A DNA stretch of 64,000 bases from Nannocystis bainbridge. Its GTDB lineage: Bacteria; Myxococcota_A; Polyangia; Nannocystales; Nannocystaceae. Both the position numbers and the translations under genes were made by a program. Positions 55,457 to 64,000 of the stretch are shown here, one piece after another; within the stretch, counting starts at the first letter, position 1; each line of letters opens with the position of its first letter. The stretch lies in NCBI RefSeq assembly GCF_028368995.1, contig NZ_JAQNDL010000002.1, forward strand, positions 928,001-992,000, in the 5' to 3' direction. Below the pieces are notes generated by a model. It had not been told where the DNA came from. It saw only the letters and a program-made list of their open reading frames with translations, and searched no databases.

Positions 55457-56158
55457 GTGGTAGTGTCGCGGCCCGTGCTGCGCGCCGCCCTGCATGTCCT
55501 GCTCAGTGGGTCGCTCCTCGCCGGCCCACCGACGGCGCGCGAGTACACCGGCGACGACGCGGCCATCGAGGCGCCGAGCGCCGGCGGGACGACGCCCGAG
55601 GTGCCCGAGCCGCCGACGACGGCCGGCCAGCCCCCGGCGGGCGCGATGGCGCCGACGGGCGCGCCGCAGGGCACCGAGGGCACGAGTTCGGCGAGCGCGA
55701 CGTCGCCGTCGGCCTCGACGCCGGACACCACGCCGCCGACGCCCGCGCCGGTACAGCCCGAGGGGCCGGCGGACGATGAAGAAGAAGAGGACGAGCTCCC
55801 GTACGACCCGCTGATCGACAGCCCGGAGGCTCAGCGTGCGCGCAGCTGGGTGCGCGGCGGCGCGGTGTTCCTCGGCATCGGCGCGGTGCTGACCGGCGGC
55901 GGGATCGCCATGTCGCAGGCCAAGGTCAACACGCTCGAACAGCAGGAAGCCTGCGATGCGCGCCAGGACCGGGCCGGCAACGGTTGTCTAGAGCCGGCGC
56001 GAAACCGCGCTGCGGCCGCGATGCTGGTCCCGGGCGTGCTGCTGCTGCTCGGCGGGGCGGCGATGCTGACGGCCGGCAAGCTGCAGCAGAAGCGCCTGCG
56101 GGCCGACCTGCGGGCGAGCCGCCGCGAGGTGGTGCTCGGGCTGCAGTGGTCGTTCTGA
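55457..56158 (+). CDS. Exported protein with Pro/Thr-rich linker, two Gly-rich hydrophobic segments and terminal GLQWSF
   Basis: GGAVFLGIGAVLTGGGIAM and AMLVPGVLLLLGGAAMLTAG; start uncertain. Confidence 0.65.
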   Translation: MVVSRPVLRAALHVLLSGSLLAGPPTAREYTGDDAAIEAPSAGGTTPEVPEPPTTAGQPPAGAMAPTGAPQGTEGTSSASATSPSASTPDTTPPTPAPVQPEGPADDEEEEDELPYDPLIDSPEAQRARSWVRGGAVFLGIGAVLTGGGIAMSQAKVNTLEQQEACDARQDRAGNGCLEPARNRAAAAMLVPGVLLLLGGAAMLTAGKLQQKRLRADLRASRREVVLGLQWSF

Positions 56159-56165
56159 GGCGAGC

Positions 56166-56795
56166 TTGAACCTGTTCGTCGAGCCAGGTCACCCCGACGC
56201 CGGGGCGCCGCTGCTGCAGGTGCTCGCGCGGGCGCTGGCGGCGATGGGCGCGGAGGTGGTGATCGCGGCGGGCGACGACAACCTGATCCGGGCCCGCCGC
56301 GCCGACGACCCGGGCGACCGGCCGTTCGTGGTGGTCGCGTCCGGGCTGCCGAACCTGGTCCACGAGTTCGCCCACGCGGTCCAGGCCGGGCGCCTGGCCG
56401 ACGATCACGGGTTCGACTACGGGCTCATCCCGCTCGATCTGCGGGCGGCCGGGCAGCGGGCGCTGCTGTGGGAGGAGCTGGCCTGCGCGGTGCTTTCGTG
56501 TGCGTACGCGCCGGACGACGTCGACGCGTGGTTCAAGGAGCAGGTCGAGATTCAGGGGGTGTTCTACGGGGTCGCCGAGGGGGCCGAGTTCGCCGACCTG
56601 GTCGACGCCACGCGGGCGGCCCACCCGGACGAGCTGCCAGCGGCGGTCGAGGCGGCCTACCGGGCGGTGGCGCAAAATTTGCGCGAGGCGGGGGCCACGG
56701 ATGCAGAGGCCGAGCCCCCACAAGCTCTCACCTTCGAGGCCCTGTGGGCGCGGTATCGCCGGCATTTGCCTGCATCGCCGCTTGCTTCCAGCTGA
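56166..56795 (+). CDS. Hypothetical HExxH-motif protein
   Basis: NLVHEFAHAV...DYG...WEELAC. Confidence 0.65.
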   Translation: MNLFVEPGHPDAGAPLLQVLARALAAMGAEVVIAAGDDNLIRARRADDPGDRPFVVVASGLPNLVHEFAHAVQAGRLADDHGFDYGLIPLDLRAAGQRALLWEELACAVLSCAYAPDDVDAWFKEQVEIQGVFYGVAEGAEFADLVDATRAAHPDELPAAVEAAYRAVAQNLREAGATDAEAEPPQALTFEALWARYRRHLPASPLASS

Positions 56796-56909
56796 AACCG
56801 CGGGGACCCTGGTCGGGTCGTACGAGGGTCGATGCTGCGCACCTTCTTGTCATCTCTGGATTATGGCGGGTTTGGCCTGCACATCGATGATCTGGTCGAA
56901 GGCGCCGCG

Positions 56910-57320
56910 ATGGCGACCCGCGGCTGCTTTACCCGCATCGGCTCGTTCTGGTGGGGCGGCCCGAGCGGGCCGAGCGGCGGCGCGGATGTCTGCGCCTCGT
57001 CGGTGATCGTCGACGTCGCGTTCCTCGCGCTGCTGGTGATCGCGGTGATCGCGGTGGTGAGGATCCGCCAGCGCAGCGAGGAAGGCCGATTCGAGCTGGC
57101 GCGACGCTACCTCGAAAAGGGCATGGATCCGCCGCAGGATCTGTTCCCGTCGTCGGCCCAGGGCGACCTGCGACGCGGGATCGTGCTGGTGTTCGCGGGC
57201 CTCGGCCTGCTCGGTGCTTCGGTCAGCATGCCCGGCCTCGGCCCCACGGGCCTCATCCCCGGCTTTATCGGTCTCGGCTATCTCGCGTCGTTCGCCGCGT
57301 CGCGCAAGAGGAACTCATGA
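56910..57320 (+). CDS. Small membrane protein (DUF6249-like) upstream of an ECF sigma factor
   Basis: TM, then LEKGMDPP and LRRGIVLVFAGLG...GLIPGFIGLGYL; start uncertain (56832 or 56910). Confidence 0.7.
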   Translation: MATRGCFTRIGSFWWGGPSGPSGGADVCASSVIVDVAFLALLVIAVIAVVRIRQRSEEGRFELARRYLEKGMDPPQDLFPSSAQGDLRRGIVLVFAGLGLLGASVSMPGLGPTGLIPGFIGLGYLASFAASRKRNS

Positions 57321-57949
57321 GCAAGGTGTCCACAGCAGCGCTCTCCTGGCTCGGGTTCGGGCTTCGTAAGACCCAAAATCTGGCCGATCTCGGTGACGAG
57401 GCGCTGGTCCAGGCCGCAGGCCGGGCCGACGGTGAAAAGGCGTTCGGCGAGCTGCTGCGGCGGCACCAGGGCAAGGTCCGCGGGCTGCTCCTGCGCCTGA
57501 CCAGCGACCGCAACCTCGCCGACGACCTCGCGCAGGAGGTGTTCCTCCGCGCCTATCGCGGTCTGTGTGGCTTCGAGGGCCGGGCCCGGTTTTCGACCTG
57601 GCTGTACCGGATCGCCTACAACGTCTATCTCAACCACCGCGCCCGCGTGCGCGAGCTGGCGGCGCTGCCGGAGAACTTCGAGGCGGGCGCGATGGCCCCC
57701 GAGACTTCGACGAGCGCCAACCGCTGCGACATGCGCAAGGACCTCGACGCGGCCATCGGCGCGCTGCCCGAGCGCTACCGGGCGGTCGTGATGCTGTACT
57801 ACCTCGAGGACGTCTCGTACCCCGAGATCGCGGAGATCCTCGAGCTGCCTCTCGGGACAGTCAAGACGCACCTCCACCGCGCCAAGCGGATGCTGCGCGA
57901 GCACCTCGATGGATGGGGGTCGGGCGAAGTCGAGGCCGAGGATGCCTGA
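57317..57949 (+). CDS. ECF RNA polymerase sigma factor
   Basis: ADDLAQEVFLRAY, FSTWLYRIAYN, SYPEIAEILELPLGTVKTHLHRAK; ATGA overlap with the upstream gene. Confidence 0.93.
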   Translation: MSKVSTAALSWLGFGLRKTQNLADLGDEALVQAAGRADGEKAFGELLRRHQGKVRGLLLRLTSDRNLADDLAQEVFLRAYRGLCGFEGRARFSTWLYRIAYNVYLNHRARVRELAALPENFEAGAMAPETSTSANRCDMRKDLDAAIGALPERYRAVVMLYYLEDVSYPEIAEILELPLGTVKTHLHRAKRMLREHLDGWGSGEVEAEDA

Positions 57950-58472
57950 GCCGTCGCCATCGGTCCTGCGGCTGCGTGCGTTCCTCGAGATGCTCGACGT
58001 CCCGTCGAGCACGCTCAAGCGCGACCCTCGCGGCCGGACATGGTTGGCGCCCGAGCTGCGCGCGCTGGTCGAGGCCGACGCCGAGTGCCACACCGAGCTC
58101 GTCCGCTTCGTCGACCGCGAGATCGAGCTGTTCGACAGCGTGCGCCAGCGCAACGATCCGCTGTTCGCCAAGGACGTGCTCAACGCCACGCATGCGGTCG
58201 AGATCGCCGGCTCGGGGCTCGATCCGCGGATTCGCAGCTGGATCCTCGGGCTGTTCTACGCGCTGGCGACGATCGCCGCGTATGCCACGCTCGCGCCGCT
58301 GTTCGGGCTGTCGGAGCGGGGCGGCGTGCTCGCGCAGGCCCGGGCCGCGTTGGGTCTGGCGAGCGAGGCGACGAGCCCGAGCGCGTGGGGCATGGCTGCG
58401 GTCGGGGCCGCTGTGGCGCTGGCGCTGCTGCTCGCGTTCATGCCGGGCCGGCGTCCGAGCTCGCGCGCCTGA
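57942..58472 (+). CDS. Putative membrane anti-sigma factor
   Basis: Overlaps the sigma stop codon; N-terminal cytoplasmic segment with ECHTEL, two TM helices. Confidence 0.6.
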   Translation: MPEPSPSVLRLRAFLEMLDVPSSTLKRDPRGRTWLAPELRALVEADAECHTELVRFVDREIELFDSVRQRNDPLFAKDVLNATHAVEIAGSGLDPRIRSWILGLFYALATIAAYATLAPLFGLSERGGVLAQARAALGLASEATSPSAWGMAAVGAAVALALLLAFMPGRRPSSRA

Positions 58473-58678
58473 GTGTGCTTGCGATCACTCGCAGGCCGAA
58501 GTCGAGGCCGCGTGCAAGGCTTCAAAGTGTGAGTTGGCGGACGGCCGAACGGCCTCTGCCGAGCTCTGCAATTCGCTCGCAAACACCCATTGGCGGGCCA
58601 CCCGCAGCGGATTTCGCCCCGGCCGCGAGACGGTGCATAGTTGAGGCACAGGCCCGTCCAAGCGCGCCAGGAGACAAC

Positions 58679-59518
58679 ATGCCCGTTTCACGCAGACTCG
58701 CTTCCACCGCCCTCGCTGTCGCTTGCTGTGCCGCCGTCGCCGCGGTGACGCCGACGGCCCGGGCGGCTGATGGCACCGTCAACGTGCTGGTGATCAAGGA
58801 GCACGGAGTGGGCAGCGCGGCGCAGGCTCAACCCTTGATCGACAAGCTCATCGCCGTGGTGGCGAAGCAGAACGGCTGGGCCGCGAGCGCGGGCAAGTAC
58901 CTCACGAGCCGCGAAGCCGCCGAGACGCAGATCCACTCGGTCGACCCGCACTACGGGATCATGTCGCTGGCCGCGTTCCTGGCCCTCGGTCCCAAGCACA
59001 AGCTCGACATCATCGGCCAGGCCGAGGTGGCGCAGGCCGGCGGGCGGCAGTACCACATCATCAGCAAGACCCAGGCGGACCTCGCCGGTTGCAAGGGCAA
59101 GACGCTGGCGAGCGACCACGCCGACGACCGCAAGTTCATCGACAAGGTGATCGGCGCCGGCAAGTTCACGCTCGGCGACTTCACGCTGGTCGAGACCAAG
59201 CGGCCGGTGCAGACGCTCAAGAAGGTGACGAGCGGCGAGGCCGAGTGCGCCCTCGTCGACGACGCGCAGCTGGCCGAGCTCGCCAAGATCGAGGGCGGCG
59301 CGGCGGTGAAGTCGATCTGGGCGTCCGACAAGCTGCCGCCGATGGTGGTCGTCGCGTTCCCGTCGGCGCCCGCGGCGGAGCGCAAGACGTTCCAGAGCAG
59401 CCTCGGGAAGATCTGCGCCGGCGACGGCAAGGCGACCTGCCGCGAAGCGGGTCTGTCGGCGTTCAAGAGCGCGAGCGCGGCTGACTACGCCAGCGTGACC
59501 ACGGCCTACGACAAGTGA
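58679..59518 (+). CDS. PhnD/SsuA-type periplasmic substrate-binding protein
   Basis: Signal peptide, DLAGCKGKTLA, LKKVTSGEAECALVD, IWASDKLP..VVV; RBS AGGAG. Confidence 0.75.
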   Translation: MPVSRRLASTALAVACCAAVAAVTPTARAADGTVNVLVIKEHGVGSAAQAQPLIDKLIAVVAKQNGWAASAGKYLTSREAAETQIHSVDPHYGIMSLAAFLALGPKHKLDIIGQAEVAQAGGRQYHIISKTQADLAGCKGKTLASDHADDRKFIDKVIGAGKFTLGDFTLVETKRPVQTLKKVTSGEAECALVDDAQLAELAKIEGGAAVKSIWASDKLPPMVVVAFPSAPAAERKTFQSSLGKICAGDGKATCREAGLSAFKSASAADYASVTTAYDK

Positions 59519-59552
59519 CCGCGTGGCGAGCGCCGTGGTATTCCTGCCGGCG

Positions 59553-60224
59553 ATGCGCAGCTCGCTCCTCGCCGTCATCCTCGTCGCGCTCGCCGGTTGT
59601 CGCCCGCACGGCAACGTCCAGAACCCCAAGTTCACCGCGGCCGCCGAGGCGCACGACCCGATCGCCGTGTACGAGGCGCTCGAGGCCCAGATCGACGCCC
59701 AGACCGACAGCAAGACCGACCGCGAGGACGCGTACGCGCTGATCACGTCCTGGGAAGAGGACACGGCCGCCTATGCGTTCGCCCGCGCCGCGATCGCCGG
59801 TCGGCTGGCTGAAAATCGCGGGCTGCAAGCGGGCGGCCTGGTGACCGAGGCCGAGGCGTACGCCCGCAAGGCCCGCGAGAAGGAGCCCGATTTCCGCGAG
59901 GGCGCGGCGACGCATCTGCTCGGGTCGTTGTACGTGGCGGCGCCGTCGCGGCTGCTGAAGCACGGCGACTCGGAGACGGGGATCGAGCTGCTCGAGAAGG
60001 AGGTCGAGGCCCACCCCGAGCGGCCGATCGGTCAGCTGCGCCTGGCGAGCGGCTACATCACGCTCGGCGACGCGGACTCGGCGAAGGAGCCGCTGTGCGC
60101 GGCCAAGGGGATGGAAGATCGCCTCGGCGCGGGCGACCGCCGCCTGCTGGCCAAGCTGATCGAGGAGGCCGACGGCGCGGCGGCGCTGGCCTGCCCGGCG
60201 CCGGTCGGCGGGGCCGCGGAATGA
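59553..60224 (+). CDS. Helical (TPR/TatT-like) lipoprotein
   Basis: Lipobox ALAGC; PDFREGAATHLLGSLYVAAP. Confidence 0.65.
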   Translation: MRSSLLAVILVALAGCRPHGNVQNPKFTAAAEAHDPIAVYEALEAQIDAQTDSKTDREDAYALITSWEEDTAAYAFARAAIAGRLAENRGLQAGGLVTEAEAYARKAREKEPDFREGAATHLLGSLYVAAPSRLLKHGDSETGIELLEKEVEAHPERPIGQLRLASGYITLGDADSAKEPLCAAKGMEDRLGAGDRRLLAKLIEEADGAAALACPAPVGGAAE

Positions 60225-63200
60225 CGACCGCCGCCGGCGGAGACGGCCCGCCGGAGCGGCAGGGCCGGCGATCGATGCGCGGCGAAGGGGAGTTGCGAGG
60301 CTCCGAGAAGTTCGACCGACGCACGACGAGCGGTAGTTCGCAACGGTCCGACCTTCGTTGCCCGGGAACGACGAGCGGTGAGTTGCAAAGGTTTGATCTG
60401 ACAGGGCCGGGAACGACGGGCGGCGAGTCGCGAAGGTCCGACCTGAAGGGCCCGGGAGCGACGAGCGGTGGGTCGCAAAGATCCGGCTCTCGGGGCCCGG
60501 GAACGACGAGCGGTGAGCTTCAAAGGTCCGCCCTGAAGGACCCGAAGACGACGAGGGGCGAGGCGCGCCGGTCCTTTCGGACATGTCGGAACGTTCTGGT
60601 AGCTTGGGCCATGTTCTTCGGGACAGGTTCAGTCGCGTGTCACTCGCGTCTGCCGCGGCTGTCCGAGCAGGGCCGCCACGCGGAGGTGGTGGAGCGCGCC
60701 GGGCAGGCGCGGATCCTGCCGCGCGGCAAGTCGGCGCGAGCGTGGGCTCGCTCGCTGGTGGCGCTCGGGCGCCCGGAGGAGGCGCGGGCGGTGCTGCTCC
60801 GCGATTTCCGCAAGCACGCGGAGCTGCCGTCGCTGGTGGCGCTCGCCGATCTCGAGGCTGCCGAGGGCCTGGCTGGCCTGGCGGCGGCTCACTACGCCCG
60901 CGCGGCCAGCCTCGAGACCGATCCGCTGGCGGGGCGGAGCGACGTGTGCGGGCTGTTTCGCCGCCGCGCGGCCCGGTTCCTGGCCGAGGGCGAGGCGCTG
61001 GCGGCCGATCTCGACCTCCGGCGCGTGGCGATGATCTGTCCCAAGGGCAAGACGAGCGCCGACGAGGTGCAGTGGCGAGCCGACCGCGCGCTGCACGAGG
61101 AGGTGGCGGCGGCGGCGAAGAGCCAGGCGCGCGCCCAGCGGACGCTGGTCGGCTGCGAAGGCGAGCGCTGCCGGCCGCCCTCGCTCGACTCGCGCACGCA
61201 GGCGCTGGCCCAGGCGCTCGCGCAGGCGCGGACGGCCGGGCCGGCGGCGCTGCGCGAGGCGGCGGTTCGGCTGGCGGTCCAGCTCGATCCGGGCGACGTG
61301 GCCGAGCTGCTGGCGGCGGAGCTGCGCGGGGAGCTCGGGCTGGATCTGGTCGACCTCGACGAGCTGCGCGGGTGGATCGGCGAGTCGGCGGCGGCGGACG
61401 TGGTCGCGGCCGCCGACGCGCGGGTGTCCCCGCTGGGGCGCGACTACGTGCGCCTGCGGCTGGCGCAGCTCGGGCCCGGCTACGAGCTGCCGGGCGACGA
61501 CGCGGCGCGCTCGACGGCGAGCACGGTGATCCGCCTGCTGGACGCGGCCGACGACGACCCTGGCGCGGCGGCGATGAGCTGGCGAGTGTTCGTGCTGCTC
61601 GGAGATCTGCCGAGCGCCGAGATGGCGCTGACAGGCAGCCTGGGGGCGCGCGCGGGGGCCGGACGCGCGGCGGCGGTGGCCGACGACCTGGCGCGCGAGA
61701 CGGCCGGGGAGCCGCGCGCGAAGCCGGTCGACGATGCGAGTCTGTCCAAGGGGACAGGTCGCAGAGCGAAGGGCAAGGGCGCCGCTGCGACGGGTGCTGG
61801 CGGTGCGATCCTGTCCGGAGGGACAGGTGGCACGTCGGGCAACAACGCTGGAGTGGCAGGGGCGAGCGTGTCCAAAGGGACAGGCCCCGGACCGGCAGGC
61901 GCTGGCGATGCGGGTCTGTCCGGAGGGACAGGTCGTGGGGCGAACGACAAGGGCGTCGCTACGAATTCCGGCCTGTCTGGAGGGACAGGTGATGCCAGGG
62001 GCCAGGCAGGCAGCGATCGTTCGGTCGGCGCTGCGAGTCCGGCGAGCGCCGCGAAGGCGCCCGGGCTGGCGCCGAGATCCGGCGAACCCGAGCGCACGTC
62101 GTCTGGCGCTTCGGACATGTCTTCCGGACCAGGTACCAGCGGCCCGGCGCAGCGGCTGGTCCCGCCGCCGGCGTTGTGGTCGGCGCGGGCCGCCGTCGAC
62201 GCCTCGACGCTGCCGCGGCTGTTGCAGCTGGCGCGCCTGCGCGGGGCCGCGGGGCGGCGCGACCAGGCGGTGGCGATCGCGGCCTGGGGGCTGGCCGAGG
62301 GCCAGGCGCGCGGGATCCCGGCGATCGCCGAGCTGGCGGCGGCCGAGGCCCGGCACGAGCTGGCGGCGGGTCGACCGTGGGCGGCGCTCGCCCTCGCGGC
62401 GGTGGTCCGCGGCGGTCCGACCGACGACGTCGTGCGCGCTGCTGGTTCGGCGCTCGTACTCGAGCAGGCCGCCTGCGGCGATCGCTGCGACCAGGCCGAC
62501 GACCGCGCCGCGGTGTTGCAGCTGTTCGGAGAGACATGGCTCTTGGAGCAGGAGCGGCGGGCGACCGAGTCAGCCCACGCGCGCGCGCCGGCGGGCCCGC
62601 GCGGGGCCGCGTGCCCGCTGCTGGCCGAGTCGCTGGCGCCGGGCGCGAGCGGACCGCTGGCAGACGCGCTGCGCCGCGCTCGCACCACGGGCCTCGGCGC
62701 GCCGGAGCTCGGCGAGAGGCTGCGCGGCGCGATCGAGGCCGACCTGACGCTCGACTGCGTCGGGCGGATCGCGGTGCCGCTGATGTACGCCGCCGACACG
62801 CGCGTGGCCGCGGAGGCGCTGGCCGACAACCTCGCTCACGTGCCGCAGGAGATCGCCGCCGGGCAACTCGCGCTGCAGTCGGAGCTGGCGCTGATGCTCG
62901 GTCGCCGCGACCACGCCGATCAGCTGGCCCAGGCGGCCGCGGCGGCGTCGGCCGATCCGCGGGCGGTGTGGCGGCGTGCGGCGTGGATGGCGGAGTGGAT
63001 CGACGCCCGTCACTACGAGCTGCTGGCCCTGCGTCAGCTGCTGCTGCACGGGGTCGACGGGAGCGAGGCCGACGAGGTGCGCCTGCGGCTGACGGTGCGA
63101 GCGGTGCGGGACGCCAACGACGCCTGGGCGCCGCGCAGCGCCGAGGCCGGGCGCGAGGCCCTGATCCGCGGGGTCGAGAGTTACCTGGCCGAGGTCCCGC

Positions 63201-64000
63201 CGGCGCGCCGGTGGCACGCCCGCGAGGCGCTGGCGCTGGCGCTGGCCGAGTATGCGTGGACCGACGAGCAGGCGGCCGCGCTGGTGCGGGCCGCGGTGTG
63301 GCCCGACCTCTCGACGGTGCTCACGCACCCGGCCGGGTTCCGCCGGCTCGAGCGGGCGTTCGGCGGTGATGTCCCCGGCGTCACCGCGCCCGAGCTGGCA
63401 CCGGCGCAGCTGGCAGCAGGGCTGGCCCCGGTGACGCCGCTGGGCGACCCGCGCGTGGTCGGCCGGCAGGCTGCGGCGAAGGGGGCTGGTTCGGCGCGGG
63501 CTGGCGGGAAGGACATGGCCTCGGGGGCAGGTTCGGCGGCGACCGCAGACGGCACGGCGTCGGGGGCCGGTGTCGCGCCGACAGGTGGAGAGGACACGGC
63601 GCCCGGCACGGACGCCCAGAAGCCTGGCGCGAAGGACATGTCGCCCGGGGCAGGTTCCCAGAGACCTGGCGCGCAGGACATGGCGAAAAGGGCAGGTCGA
63701 GAAGGACATGGCGGAGAGGACATGGCCTCTCGATCAGGTTCCGAAGGTCCTGGCGGATCCGCGCTGCCGGTCGAGGCGGAGGCGTTCTGCGCCGTCGATG
63801 CGCTGCAGCCGGCCCGGCTGGCGGCCCTGCGCGGGCTGAGCGGGGCGGCGCGGGTGCGGGCGGCGGCGGCGCTGGCGACCACGGGCGACGCGGCCGCGCG
63901 CAGGCAGGCGTTGCAGCAGCTGGTGGCCGGGCTCGATCCGGCCCGCCGCGCGGCCGTGCTCGACGCGGTCATCGTCGGTCTGGCCGCGGTCCCGGGCCGC
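60221..64000 (+). CDS. Very large Ala/Arg-rich helical-repeat protein, probable lipoprotein (partial, runs off the right edge)
   Basis: ATG at 60221 overlaps the upstream TGA (ATGA). I read this frame open through 60221-60800 and 61680-62160, and codon bias fits elsewhere. Signal-like RRSFRTCRNVLVAWAMFFGTGSVAC follows an N-terminal 15-aa repeat. Alternative start ATG at 60611. Confidence 0.7.
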   Translation, partial: MTTAAGGDGPPERQGRRSMRGEGELRGSEKFDRRTTSGSSQRSDLRCPGTTSGELQRFDLTGPGTTGGESRRSDLKGPGATSGGSQRSGSRGPGTTSGELQRSALKDPKTTRGEARRSFRTCRNVLVAWAMFFGTGSVACHSRLPRLSEQGRHAEVVERAGQARILPRGKSARAWARSLVALGRPEEARAVLLRDFRKHAELPSLVALADLEAAEGLAGLAAAHYARAASLETDPLAGRSDVCGLFRRRAARFLAEGEALAADLDLRRVAMICPKGKTSADEVQWRADRALHEEVAAAAKSQARAQRTLVGCEGERCRPPSLDSRTQALAQALAQARTAGPAALREAAVRLAVQLDPGDVAELLAAELRGELGLDLVDLDELRGWIGESAAADVVAAADARVSPLGRDYVRLRLAQLGPGYELPGDDAARSTASTVIRLLDAADDDPGAAAMSWRVFVLLGDLPSAEMALTGSLGARAGAGRAAAVADDLARETAGEPRAKPVDDASLSKGTGRRAKGKGAAATGAGGAILSGGTGGTSGNNAGVAGASVSKGTGPGPAGAGDAGLSGGTGRGANDKGVATNSGLSGGTGDARGQAGSDRSVGAASPASAAKAPGLAPRSGEPERTSSGASDMSSGPGTSGPAQRLVPPPALWSARAAVDASTLPRLLQLARLRGAAGRRDQAVAIAAWGLAEGQARGIPAIAELAAAEARHELAAGRPWAALALAAVVRGGPTDDVVRAAGSALVLEQAACGDRCDQADDRAAVLQLFGETWLLEQERRATESAHARAPAGPRGAACPLLAESLAPGASGPLADALRRARTTGLGAPELGERLRGAIEADLTLDCVGRIAVPLMYAADTRVAAEALADNLAHVPQEIAAGQLALQSELALMLGRRDHADQLAQAAAAASADPRAVWRRAAWMAEWIDARHYELLALRQLLLHGVDGSEADEVRLRLTVRAVRDANDAWAPRSAEAGREALIRGVESYLAEVPPARRWHAREALALALAEYAWTDEQAAALVRAAVWPDLSTVLTHPAGFRRLERAFGGDVPGVTAPELAPAQLAAGLAPVTPLGDPRVVGRQAAAKGAGSARAGGKDMASGAGSAATADGTASGAGVAPTGGEDTAPGTDAQKPGAKDMSPGAGSQRPGAQDMAKRAGREGHGGEDMASRSGSEGPGGSALPVEAEAFCAVDALQPARLAALRGLSGAARVRAAAALATTGDAAARRQALQQLVAGLDPARRAAVLDAVIVGLAAVPGR
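60324..60555. repeat. 45-bp tandem repeat, about 5 full copies plus degenerate flanks
   Basis: CGACGRG at 60324, 60369, 60414, 60459, 60504 and 60549; encodes TTSGELQRSDLKGPG-like 15-mers. Confidence 0.9.
61743..62131. repeat. Five near-perfect TGTCC-N4-GGACA sites plus a two-unit array in a Gly-rich in-frame linker
   Basis: Sites at 61743, 61812, 61869, 61917 and 61974 (each encoding (L/V)SxGTG); array at 62104-62131. Confidence 0.88.
63625..63750. repeat. Nine-unit phased 14-bp array (126 bp) inside a CDS
   Basis: TGGCG-CGAA-GGACA|TGTCG-CCCG-GGGCA|GGTTC-CCAG-AGACC|TGGCG-CGCA-GGACA|TGGCG-AAAA-GGGCA|GGTCG-AGAA-GGACA|TGGCG-GAGA-GGACA|TGGCC-TCTC-GATCA|GGTTC-CGAA-GGTCC. Confidence 0.85.

Noticed and set aside
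58500-58600. Possible structured RNA or riboswitch upstream of the binding-protein gene
   Set aside because: Only an imperfect GC-rich hairpin; no riboswitch consensus recognised, and a covariance search would be needed
60324-60555. 45-bp periodic repeat as a CRISPR array
   Set aside because: The more variable part is only about 16 bp and is clearly homologous between copies; the period is a multiple of 3 within an open frame; no cas genes are in the window
59463-60584. Minus-strand ORF with THRSSFPGPSGRTFA repeats
   Set aside because: Antisense reading of the 45-bp repeat, overlapping a well-formed lipoprotein gene; the plus frame with ATGA coupling is more plausible

Overview
GC-rich (roughly 70%+ by eye) bacterial chromosomal segment, most likely a myxobacterium, Nannocystis-like. 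That assignment is inferred from Hanks-type Ser/Thr kinases with PEGA-like domains, DUF4388 proteins, a RomR-like regulator next to valS, an FHA-GGDEF protein and Cys-rich lipoproteins. It holds about 45 genes, including housekeeping genes (lipA, mutL-miaA-accA, yacG, ffh, valS, cdd, a TIGR03960-type radical SAM gene), redox and signalling genes, and several apparent pseudo-enzymes. I saw no rRNA, tRNA, CRISPR array or transposase. Two things stand out. (1) A pervasive 14-bp quasi-palindromic unit, TGTCC-N4-GGACA, forms strictly 14-bp-phased tandem arrays whose junctions read GGACATGTCC. Arrays sit in 8 of the 9 convergent intergenic gaps and inside protein linkers (MutL, a vWA protein, a giant lipoprotein). 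Single copies also appear in conserved coding sequence through unusual A/T-ending codons. (2) A locus runs dual Ser/Thr kinase -> membrane protein ending in a beta-signal-like strand -> five tandem, diverged Cys-rich beta-helix lipoproteins sharing a C-terminal motif. Also notable: widespread TANNNT-like boxes 6-8 nt before start codons (probable leaderless mRNAs), a MutL lacking the endonuclease motifs, and a bacterial protein resembling eukaryotic C4orf33. All family assignments come from motif recognition by eye; no database searches were run.
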